Of a stretch of DNA of 64,000 nucleotides, positions 10,106 to 18,471 are shown piece by piece. The DNA comes from Thermoanaerobaculia bacterium. GTDB taxonomy: Bacteria > Acidobacteriota > Thermoanaerobaculia > Gp7-AA8. The notes below the pieces were generated by a model. It was not told the origin of the DNA, did not search any database, and saw nothing but the letters and a program-made list of their open reading frames with translations. A program made the position numbers and the translations under genes. How positions within the stretch are numbered: position 1 is the first letter of the stretch; every line of letters starts with the position of its first letter. Where the stretch lies: positions 32,136 to 96,135 of the forward strand of contig DASPMO010000054.1 in the NCBI GenBank assembly GCA_035627015.1. The letters run 5' to 3'.

Positions 10106-10502
10106 GCCCCGATCTCTGTCTGCGGCGGTTCATCGGCGACGGTGCCGAGCCGGTCACGACCGCCGACCTGCGCATCCGCCATCTTCTCGCCGCGATTGCC
10201 GCGGGACGCTGGCCGGAGCTTCGTGTTGTGACGAAGGGAGAAGGCGAGGCCATGCGGAGGGCGGACGACGAGTCGCGCCTCGACGCGGGCGAGCGCGAGC
10301 TGCTGGAGCTGCTGGCGGCCGGCGACTTCGAGAGCGCGCTGATGTATTACTGGCAGACGCTCGGGAACTTCTCGTCGCTCGTGCGGGAGCGCGCGATCCA
10401 TCGCGGGGCGCGCCTCTGCAGAGCGCTCAATGACGGTCACGATCCTGACCGGATCTCCGAGCAGTTGCGCGACTCGCCTGGCGCGATGGCCGTCGTCAAC
10501 GA

Positions 10503-10889
10503 TTGGGCCCTTTACGCGTGCGCTACGAGTTGCAGACCGCGTACGAGCTGGGGCGCTGGGACCGCACGGTGCTCGTCCTGCCGCCGCTGCATTCACACCT
10601 CGACGTCATCGACAGCGATTCGCTCCTGCAGATGTTCCCGCGCGTCATCTGGGCCGACACGCTGCACACGGAGTCGCTGACCGACGCGTTCGTGCTGAAG
10701 GACCTCCTCGCGCGCATTGACGCCATCGCGGCGCTGCCGGATGAGGAGCGGCGCCGCCTCATCGACCCCGTTCTGCGCGACGAGGCATTTCCCATCGACC
10801 TGGAGTCGATCGCGCAGGCGTATGAGCTCCAGACGCGCATGGAAGCGATGCAGCAGGACGGCGACGACCGGCTTCGCTACTACGGCTGA
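10503..10889 (+). CDS. Hypothetical protein; possibly the C-terminal half of a larger frameshifted ORF starting near 10252
   Basis: 128-aa ORF with coding-like composition. An upstream ORF in another frame (10252-10520, MRRADDESRLDAGERELLELL...) reads straight into it, suggesting a frameshift or sequencing error near 10500. Confidence 0.3.
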   Translation: MGPLRVRYELQTAYELGRWDRTVLVLPPLHSHLDVIDSDSLLQMFPRVIWADTLHTESLTDAFVLKDLLARIDAIAALPDEERRRLIDPVLRDEAFPIDLESIAQAYELQTRMEAMQQDGDDRLRYYG

Positions 10890-11003
10890 GGATGACATGA
10901 TGGGCGACTCGTTGCGCGCGAGCGCGCTGGATCAGTGGGAGACGGTGCGCAGGCTGCGCGCGATAGTTGAAGCAGAGCCGGAGCGTTTCATCCTCCGGCC
11001 GCG

Positions 11004-12461
11004 TTACGGGCCATTCGTCGTGCGCAAAGCCTGATCCTCGGACGCCGCATGCTGCCCGAGAAAGGCCCGGATGTCCGCGATGGCCTGTTCCAGCTCCCGC
11101 TGTTCGCGTGCGAATGCCGGTACGTCGCCGCCGCAGTGCGGGCAGGTGGTCGTCCCCGCGTAGACGTACTGCTTGCAGCCGTAGCAGACCTCGAGGGTCG
11201 GGGGGACGCGGCCGGGGCGGTCGAGTTGCGGCTCCTTCATCTCCCACACCGGCGGCTCGGCGATGGTGCGGGGGCCGTCGCCGCCGTCCAGCGGCTCGGT
11301 GATGAGCGCGAAGCGGCCCTGGTCGAACGGCGTGCCCGGCGCTTCCTCCGTCTTCACGATGCGCTCGCGGAGGCCCTGCTTGGCCAGTGTGTCCACGCGG
11401 TAGTGGCAGTAGGGATTGTTGCCGGGGCGGCCGAAGAGCACCGTCGACGTCCAGGTGCAGCCGCCGCGGCAGACCTCCGCGTAGTAACAGTCGCGGCAGC
11501 GGCCCCACAGCTCGTGCACCTGCCGGTCGCGCGAGAAGCGGATCTCGCGGCTGTACGTCCAGATGTCCTCGATGGTCATGTCGCGCACGTTGCCGCCGGT
11601 GAACTGCGCCGTCGGCAGCGAGGGGCAGCCCTTGATCGCGCCGTCGGCCTCGATGCCGAGGACGGCCTGCCCCGCGGCGCAGCCGCTGAAGTGCTTCTCC
11701 CCATTGCCGAGCCGCCACTTGTGCTCGTAGGGGCCGAAGTAGCCGATGTTGTTGCCGGCCTGCATCCCCACGCCGAGCGAGCGTGCCTCGTCGTAGATCT
11801 CGCCGAGGAGCGGCATCAGCTCGCCCAGCTCGTACGGCTGGAGGAGCAGGTGGTCGTTGTCGACGGCGTTGCCCATGGCCACGGTGAGCTGGATCTGCCA
11901 GCCGCGGGCGCCGCGCGCCGCGATCTCGTGCAGGATGCCGCGGAGCTGGGGCATGGTGCGGCTGCCGATCTGCGTGTTACAGCCGCTGGGGATGCCGTGC
12001 TCGCGCAGCAGCTCCAGCGCCTGCATCGCCGAGCGGAACGAGCCCTTCACGCCGCGGATCTCGTCGTGCAGCTCTTCCAGCCCGTCCACCGAGACGCCGC
12101 ACGTACCGAGGCCCGCCGCCTTCGCCGCGCGAACGCGCTCGGCGGTCAGCGCGCGGCCGCCCGTCTGCATCGAGGCCAGCATGCCGTGGCTGGTGATGCG
12201 GGCGATGATGTCGGTCCAGTCGCGGCGCAGATAGGCCTCGCCGCCGATGAGTGTGATCTCGCGTGTGCCGAGGCGCGCCAGCTGGTCGACGACCTCGAAG
12301 CACTCCGTGGTGGACAGCTCGTCCGGGCGCACCTTTCCCGCGCGCGAGCCGCAGTGGGCGCATTTCAGGTTGCAGGCGAGGGTGATCTCCCACACCACGT
12401 GCACCGGATGCGGGTGCAGGAGATCGTCCGCGCTGAGAGCACGGGGCGGGGGGGCGGACAC
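11004..12461 (-). CDS. Radical SAM enzyme with a SPASM domain and a C-terminal zinc-ribbon extension (peptide-maturase-like)
   Basis: CNLKCAHC (CX3CX2C) within a WEITLACNLKCAHCGS motif. SPASM Cys cluster GCAAG...GCPSL...CRDCYYAEVCRGGC...NPYC. C-terminal CYGCKQ...CPHCGG. Confidence 0.85.
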   Translation of the reverse strand: MSAPPPRALSADDLLHPHPVHVVWEITLACNLKCAHCGSRAGKVRPDELSTTECFEVVDQLARLGTREITLIGGEAYLRRDWTDIIARITSHGMLASMQTGGRALTAERVRAAKAAGLGTCGVSVDGLEELHDEIRGVKGSFRSAMQALELLREHGIPSGCNTQIGSRTMPQLRGILHEIAARGARGWQIQLTVAMGNAVDNDHLLLQPYELGELMPLLGEIYDEARSLGVGMQAGNNIGYFGPYEHKWRLGNGEKHFSGCAAGQAVLGIEADGAIKGCPSLPTAQFTGGNVRDMTIEDIWTYSREIRFSRDRQVHELWGRCRDCYYAEVCRGGCTWTSTVLFGRPGNNPYCHYRVDTLAKQGLRERIVKTEEAPGTPFDQGRFALITEPLDGGDGPRTIAEPPVWEMKEPQLDRPGRVPPTLEVCYGCKQYVYAGTTTCPHCGGDVPAFAREQRELEQAIADIRAFLGQHAASEDQALRTTNGP

Positions 12462-12473
12462 CGTGTCCGCCCG

Positions 12474-12755
12474 TTACGCCGAGCCGAGGTGCTGCTTGAG
12501 CCGCGAGATCGCGCCCTGCAGGTCACTGTTCGCCACGGATTCGGCCTGCTGCAGGAGCTGCTGCAGCTCCTCACGGCTCGCGCCGCCCGAGATGGCCTTG
12601 TCGACGATGACGCCGTACAACGGCTGGATGTGCTGGTCGCGTGCTGCCTCGAGCGCCTGCCGCATCTGATCCGGATCGTTGCTCTGAAGCGCCTCGTTGA
12701 TCCAGACGCCGTAAAGGGGACGGGGCCTTGGTCCACCACCATAAGAAGACGACAT
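12474..12755 (-). CDS. 93-aa small protein with tandem PLYGV(W/I)(I/V)(N/D)(E/K)A repeats; candidate substrate/precursor of the adjacent rSAM-SPASM enzyme
   Basis: Strong SD (GAGGAGAA, 5 nt, ATG). 12 nt upstream of the rSAM start on the same strand. Two roughly 30-aa repeats: RPLYGVWINEALQSNDPDQMRQALEAAR / QPLYGVIVDKAISGGASREELQQLLQQAE. Confidence 0.55.
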   Translation of the reverse strand: MSSSYGGGPRPRPLYGVWINEALQSNDPDQMRQALEAARDQHIQPLYGVIVDKAISGGASREELQQLLQQAESVANSDLQGAISRLKQHLGSA

Positions 12756-12832
12756 AGAGTTCTCCTCAGCGAAGTTTTCCGGGGGAGCTATGAAAGATAG
12801 GTTCCCGAATTCGTGCCGTCAAGATGGCCCGC

Positions 12833-15800
12833 TCAGAACCGCACCCCCACCGACACGCGCCAGGTCCGCGGCGTCTGATAGTCCCCCTCGCTGTCCGGCT
12901 TCCCGAAGTTCGGTCCCTTGATGTAATGCACTCCCTCGACCGGCTTCTCGGTGAAGGGATTGAACGGCTGCAGCCCCTTGGCCGGGCACGGCGCGGCCAG
13001 GACGCCGCTGCCAGTCTGCGGCGCGCAGTCGACGGCGGAGAGGATCTCTTCGTCGACGGCCTCGATGCCCTGCTCGTTGAAGAGGTTCAGCACTTCCGGC
13101 TGCACGAAGAGCTGCACGCCGCCGAGGCGCAGGTTGTAGTTGATGGCCAGGTCGGTGCGGGTGATGTTCTCGTGCTTCAGTGCACCGCGTCCGTCGACGA
13201 AGTAGTCGACCGTGGCCGGCGGCGTGAGGTAGCCGGGGTTGGTGACGTACGGCCGCGGGTCGATGGACATGTCCAGCGACGAGCGCGTGCCGGAGTCGAA
13301 GTTCTGGAGCACCGAGATGTTGAAGTCGCCGGCCGGGGTCGGCTGGTCGTACGAGACCCACAGCCGCGCGCGGTGCCGCTGATCGCCGGTGAGGTAGCCG
13401 GTCGGATAGTTCCAGCTCTCCTGGCGGTACTCCGGATACTCGGCGGCGACGCCGACCAGCGGACCGGTGCCGCTGTCTTCACCGGTGACGTTGCCGGTCA
13501 GGCGCGACCAGGTGTACGTGCCGCCGAGGCGGAGGCGCTGCAGCAGGCGGTAGTCGAACTGCGTCTGCACCCCGGTGTACTTGCGGTCGTAGACGTCGCT
13601 GTTGCTGCGGATGATGGAGAGGTCGTACTGCGTCGACGTGCGCGGGTCGGTCACCTTGCCGGTGCTGACGTCGCGGAACGAGGTGTAGAAGTTCTCCCAG
13701 TCGCGCAGGACCACGTCCGCGCGCACGTAGCCACGCGTGCCGAGGGTGCCCGAGACGCCGACCGTGTACTCGCGCACCATCGGCGATTCCAGCCCGCCGA
13801 CGTCGAGGATGCTTTCCACGCCCGGCACCGACGGCGTGGTGCGGAAGGGACGCATGTTCGTCCCGCCGTTGGCGAAGAACCAGTCCATGACCATCTTGAT
13901 GGCCTGGTCGGTGGGGATGAGCTGGCTGGTGGGGACGTTCACGTCGTTGTTGATGTTCGGCCCGCGGTAGTTCCACTGCAGGCTGGCGTTGCGGCCGGCG
14001 GGGTCGGCGTCGTTCGCCGCGCCCTCGGAGAGGCGTCCCACGTAGTGGCCGTACGTGGCGTTGAAGACGAGGCGGCCGTTGGCGAAGAGGTCGTAGTGCG
14101 CGGCCAGGCGCGGGCTGAACGCCGAGTCGTCGGCGATCTGCGCCGTGCCGTCGCCGCTGATGGCGTCGTTCTTGTCGTAGCGCGCACCGACGTTGAAGGA
14201 CCAGCGGTCGTTCAGCGTCCAGCGGTCGTTGAGGTAGAGCGAGCGCGTGGTGTAGTCGGAGCCCTGGCTGAGCACGAAGATCGGCAGCCAGGAGATGCGC
14301 GTGAGCGTGCCGTTCGCGCCGCCGGGCATGCGCGGGAAGATCTGGTCGCCGCGGACGATGGTGTTCGGGACGCTGATGCGGTAGTCGCTGCCGTTCTGGT
14401 AGTTGTTCACGGCGCGCACTTCGTTGAAGTCCTCGTAGCCGCCCCGGATGTCGTGGCTGCCGAAGTTCCGCGTCGGCAGGAAGTACGTGGCCTTGGCGGT
14501 GTAGACGCGGATGTCGCGCTCCTCTCCCTCGGCTGTGGCGCGGAACGTCGGCGACCAGTAGCGCGTCTCGCGCGCGCGGTCGGTGATCAGGGTTCCCTTG
14601 ATGATGTCGAAGTACGGCGAGCCGGAGCCGACGAACTTGAAGTCCTTCCGCGAGTACTGCCCCTCGACGAAGAAGTTGCTCGAGAGCGCGCCGTTGTAGT
14701 TCGCCACCAGGAACGTGTGCGGCGTCTGGCGCTCCGCCACCAGGCTGTCCAGGTCCATGATCACCTGGCCGGTCTGGTTCGTCTCGCTCTCGTCGTTGTC
14801 GAGATACGACGCCACGAGGGAGTGGGCATTGGTGATCGACGCGGTGAGCTTTCCTTCCAGGCGCCGCTGCTCGGTGCCGTGCGGATAGGTGATCGGCGTG
14901 AGCGGCGTGCCGACGGGGATCGGGTTGCCGTTCGCATCCTGGTCGCCGGTGCGGGCCAGGCCGGGCACGGTCTGGCGGATGTCCTCGGTCTCGGCATAGC
15001 GGCCGGCGGTGAAGAACCAGAGGCGGTCGCGGAGGATCGGTCCGCCGAGGGTGCCTTCGTAGACCAGGTTCGTCGTGTCGTCCTGCTCCACCGTGAGCGG
15101 CGTGCGGTCCGCCCACGACTCGTTGGTCAGCGAGGTGCGGAAGCTGCCGGAGAGGTCGTTGCCGCCCGACTTCGTGATCGTGCTGACCACGCCGCCGGTG
15201 AAATGGCCATACTCGGCGGTGATGCCGCCGGTCATGACCGTCGTCTCCTGGATGGCGTCCTCGATGAAGAGCTGGTGCGGCTGGCCGCGCAGGTTCTCGT
15301 TCACGATGGCGCCGTTGACGAGGTAGACGCTGTCGAACGACATCGCGCCGGAGATGATGATGTTGCCGCCGGGACCGTTGCTGTTCGCACCGGGTGCGAG
15401 GAGGGTGACGGCGTTGATCGTGCGGCCGACCGGGAGCTGCTCGATCAGCTCCTGGTTGAAGTTCGTGCTGACCTGCGTCGACTCGACGGCCGCGGTGACG
15501 GGCGTGGCGGCGGTGACGGTGATGGCTTCGCTGACGGCGGCCGCGCGCAACTCGACGTCGAGGCGCTCGGTCCGCGCCGCGGTAAGCGCCAGCCGCCGCG
15601 TGACGGTCTGCATGCCCGAGAGCTCGTAGGTGATGGTGTAGTCACCCGGCGGCAGCAGCGGCACGAGATAGTCGCCCGTCTCCGTGGTCACGGCGGTGCG
15701 CGTCCCCTGCAGCTGGGGCGAGGTGAGCGAGATGGTCACGCCGGGGATGGCCGTGCCGTCCGCCGTCACTTTGCCGGAGAGCGTGGCCGTGGGGATGGAC

Positions 15801-15865
15801 TGCGCGAAGAGGAGAGCGGTAAACGAGAAGAGCAGAACCGCGACTGAAAGACGAAGGCGCATCAT
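12833..15865 (-). CDS. TonB-dependent receptor with an N-terminal carboxypeptidase-regulatory-like domain (1010 aa)
   Basis: Start MMRLRLSVAVLLFSFTALLFAQS after GGAGGA. CarbopepD_reg-like LSGKVTADGTAIPGVTISL...GDYTITYEL, then plug and 22-strand-barrel-like sequence with the terminal motif VSVGVRF. Upstream ORF-track extension rejected. Confidence 0.85.
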   Translation of the reverse strand: MMRLRLSVAVLLFSFTALLFAQSIPTATLSGKVTADGTAIPGVTISLTSPQLQGTRTAVTTETGDYLVPLLPPGDYTITYELSGMQTVTRRLALTAARTERLDVELRAAAVSEAITVTAATPVTAAVESTQVSTNFNQELIEQLPVGRTINAVTLLAPGANSNGPGGNIIISGAMSFDSVYLVNGAIVNENLRGQPHQLFIEDAIQETTVMTGGITAEYGHFTGGVVSTITKSGGNDLSGSFRTSLTNESWADRTPLTVEQDDTTNLVYEGTLGGPILRDRLWFFTAGRYAETEDIRQTVPGLARTGDQDANGNPIPVGTPLTPITYPHGTEQRRLEGKLTASITNAHSLVASYLDNDESETNQTGQVIMDLDSLVAERQTPHTFLVANYNGALSSNFFVEGQYSRKDFKFVGSGSPYFDIIKGTLITDRARETRYWSPTFRATAEGEERDIRVYTAKATYFLPTRNFGSHDIRGGYEDFNEVRAVNNYQNGSDYRISVPNTIVRGDQIFPRMPGGANGTLTRISWLPIFVLSQGSDYTTRSLYLNDRWTLNDRWSFNVGARYDKNDAISGDGTAQIADDSAFSPRLAAHYDLFANGRLVFNATYGHYVGRLSEGAANDADPAGRNASLQWNYRGPNINNDVNVPTSQLIPTDQAIKMVMDWFFANGGTNMRPFRTTPSVPGVESILDVGGLESPMVREYTVGVSGTLGTRGYVRADVVLRDWENFYTSFRDVSTGKVTDPRTSTQYDLSIIRSNSDVYDRKYTGVQTQFDYRLLQRLRLGGTYTWSRLTGNVTGEDSGTGPLVGVAAEYPEYRQESWNYPTGYLTGDQRHRARLWVSYDQPTPAGDFNISVLQNFDSGTRSSLDMSIDPRPYVTNPGYLTPPATVDYFVDGRGALKHENITRTDLAINYNLRLGGVQLFVQPEVLNLFNEQGIEAVDEEILSAVDCAPQTGSGVLAAPCPAKGLQPFNPFTEKPVEGVHYIKGPNFGKPDSEGDYQTPRTWRVSVGVRF

Positions 15866-15986
15866 TCCTCCGAACCGCGTTCGATTTTTCGGGAGCCGGA
15901 GCTTATCGCCGCTATGGATGTATGTCCACGAGTGGTACGCTGAGCAGACTCGTCCCGGACCATTCAGACCCAAACGGAGGATTGCG

Positions 15987-18251
15987 ATGTCCCGTTCGTT
16001 TGCCCGGCGTGCGTCCCTGCTCGTGCTCGTCTTCTTCCTCGCCGCTTCTTTGCTGGCGCAGGACCCGCCCGCCGATCCCCCTCCGCCCCCGCAGGAGCCG
16101 GTGCTCGACGAGATCACCGTCACCGCGCAGAAGCGCGAGGAGAACGTGCAGGACGTCCCCTCCGCCGTCACCGCGGTGCCCGATACGACGATGGAGGTCG
16201 TGACCGCCGGCGGGCAGGACGTGAAGGCGCTGTCGGGCCGCGTGCCGAGCCTGGTCATCGAGTCGTCGTTCGGCCGCGCGTTCCCCCGCTTCTACATCCG
16301 CGGCCTCGGCAACACGGACTTCGACCTGAACGCCTCGCAGCCGGTGTCGATGGTCTACGACGAGGTCGTGCTGGAGAACCCGGTGGTGAAGGGGATGCCG
16401 GTCTGGGACATCGAGCGCGTGGAAGTGCTGCGCGGACCGCAGGGGACGCTCTTCGGCCGCAACACCCCCGCGGGGGCGATCAAGTTCGAGTCGAAGAAGC
16501 CCACGCGCGACTTCGAGGCCAACGCGCAACTGTCGTATGCGACGTTCGGCACGCTCGACCTGAAAGGCGCCGTCGGCGGCGGGCTCACGCCGACGCTCTC
16601 GGCCCGCGTGTCGTTCCTCTATCAGCAGCAGGAAGACTGGATCGACAACCAGCGCACCGGCGGCGAGCTCGGTGGCTACGAGAACAACGCCTGGCGCGCG
16701 CAGTTGCTCTGGGAGCCGACGGCCAGGGTGGACGCGCTGCTCAACGTGCACGGCTGGAATGTCGACGGCACGGCGCGCATCTTCCGCGCGAACATGCTGC
16801 AGCAGGGGAGCAACGAGATCGTCCCCGGGTTCGAGCAGGACGTGGTCTTCCAGGACGGGCAGAACGTGCAGGAGATCTCGTCGACCGGCGGCAGCCTGCG
16901 CGTCGACTTCGACGTCACCGGCGGCACGATCACGAGCGTGACCGGCTACGAGAGCCTGGACATGTTCAGCCGCGGCGACATCGACGGCGGCTTCGGCGCG
17001 GTGTTCGCGCCTCCCTTCGGGCCGGGGTTCATCCCGTTCTTCTCCGAGTCGGCCGACGGGATCCCGTCGCTGACGCAGATCACGCAGGAGCTGCGCTACG
17101 CCTCGAACACGCAGGCGCCGCTGCAGTGGCTCGCGGGGCTGTTCTATTTCGACGAGGATCTGGAGGCGGAGACGTACAGCTTCACCTCGATCGCGCCGGG
17201 CAACCCGCAGGAAGGATTTGCCACGCAGGAGCAGCACGCGAGGTCGTGGGCCGCGTTCGGGTCGGTGGACCTGGCCACGTCAGACCGGTGGAAGTTCAAG
17301 GGCGGCCTGCGCTTCACGCACGACGAGAAGGACTTCGCGGCGGAGCGCCTCCAGGAGCTCTTCTTCAATACGCCGACGACCGGTCCCGTGACGGCGAGCA
17401 CGGACGACGACTTCGTGAACTGGGACCTCAGCGCGACGTTCATCATGAGCCCCCGTACGAACGTATACGGCCGCGTGGCCACCGGCTCGCGCGCGCCGAG
17501 CATCCAGGGGCGCATTCTCTTCGCCCCCGACACGAGCGGCGGGACGAACCCGGCCACGAACGGCCTGTCGGTGGCCGACACGGAGGAGCTCTTCTCGACC
17601 GAGGTGGGTGTGAAGACGGAGCTGCTCGCGCGCACGCTGCGGCTGAATGCCGCGGTGTACCGCTATGAAGTCGACGGGCAGCAGATGACGGCCGTCGGCG
17701 GGCAGTTCAACGTGGCCACGCTGCTGAATGCGGACCGCACGGAAGGCTACGGCGTGGAGGCGGACATCCAGTGGATGCCGGCGCCGGCGTGGCTGGCCAC
17801 ACTGGGCGTCAGCTACAACCACACGGAGATCGACGATCCGAACCTGACCGTGGCCCCGTGTGGCGGCGGCTGCACGGTGCTCGATCCGGTGGCCGGAGGA
17901 CTGGCGCTCGTCAACGGCAACAGCCTGCCGCATGCGCCGGAGTGGATCGTCAACGGCATCATCGACTACCGGACGCTGATGGGCACGGGGCAGGCCACGA
18001 TGTCGGTGGACTGGGCGTACCACGGCAACAAGCAGTTCTTCCTTTACGAGTCGCGCGAGTTCCAGGGGGACAGCTTCGAGCTCGGCCTCCGCGCCGGCTA
18101 CACCTTCGGAAACGGCCGGTACGGCCTGGCCCTCTTCGGCCGCAACCTGACGGACGAGGTGATCGTGCAGAACGGCATCGACTTCAATAACCTGACCGGC
18201 ATGACCAACGAGCCGAGGATGCTGGGGGTGGAGGCGTCGCTGCGGTTCTGA
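15987..18251 (+). CDS. TonB-dependent outer-membrane receptor (754 aa)
   Basis: RBS ACGGAGGATT. Signal peptide. Plug region ITVTAQKREENVQDVP...GRAFPRFYIRGLG. C-terminal beta-barrel ending ...EASLRF. Confidence 0.9.
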   Translation: MSRSFARRASLLVLVFFLAASLLAQDPPADPPPPPQEPVLDEITVTAQKREENVQDVPSAVTAVPDTTMEVVTAGGQDVKALSGRVPSLVIESSFGRAFPRFYIRGLGNTDFDLNASQPVSMVYDEVVLENPVVKGMPVWDIERVEVLRGPQGTLFGRNTPAGAIKFESKKPTRDFEANAQLSYATFGTLDLKGAVGGGLTPTLSARVSFLYQQQEDWIDNQRTGGELGGYENNAWRAQLLWEPTARVDALLNVHGWNVDGTARIFRANMLQQGSNEIVPGFEQDVVFQDGQNVQEISSTGGSLRVDFDVTGGTITSVTGYESLDMFSRGDIDGGFGAVFAPPFGPGFIPFFSESADGIPSLTQITQELRYASNTQAPLQWLAGLFYFDEDLEAETYSFTSIAPGNPQEGFATQEQHARSWAAFGSVDLATSDRWKFKGGLRFTHDEKDFAAERLQELFFNTPTTGPVTASTDDDFVNWDLSATFIMSPRTNVYGRVATGSRAPSIQGRILFAPDTSGGTNPATNGLSVADTEELFSTEVGVKTELLARTLRLNAAVYRYEVDGQQMTAVGGQFNVATLLNADRTEGYGVEADIQWMPAPAWLATLGVSYNHTEIDDPNLTVAPCGGGCTVLDPVAGGLALVNGNSLPHAPEWIVNGIIDYRTLMGTGQATMSVDWAYHGNKQFFLYESREFQGDSFELGLRAGYTFGNGRYGLALFGRNLTDEVIVQNGIDFNNLTGMTNEPRMLGVEASLRF

Positions 18252-18264
18252 CGACGCTTCCGTG

Positions 18265-18471
18265 TCACTTCACCTGGTCGGGCCTGTTGTCCGCCAGGCG
18301 GTCGCCGAGGGCGTCGTTGCGGGGGCTTTCGCCCTCGTCGTTCTGCCCCGAATGCTCGCCGCGGGCGGTGCCCTCGTAGCCAAGGACCTCGTCGCCGACG
18401 ATGGCGTCGATCTTCTGCATCTGTTCTTCTTTGGCGCCCTGCTCTTCGACTTCTCGTGGTTGGTCGCTCAT
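18265..18471 (-). CDS. Small acidic protein (68 aa), translationally coupled (ATGA) to the ABC-2/M1 fusion gene
   Basis: MSDQPREVEEQGAKEEQMQKIDAIVGDEVLGYEGTARGEHSGQNDEGESPRNDALGDRLADNRPDQVK. Its start ATG overlaps the TGA of the upstream gene. Confidence 0.4.
   Translation of the reverse strand: MSDQPREVEEQGAKEEQMQKIDAIVGDEVLGYEGTARGEHSGQNDEGESPRNDALGDRLADNRPDQVK

Noticed and set aside
9757-10680. 307-aa + ORF starting inside the conserved leader
   Set aside because: The first ~100 aa overlap the SLT gene and leader. The C-terminus is Cys/Arg/Ser junk. Only the middle (10252-10520) looks coding.
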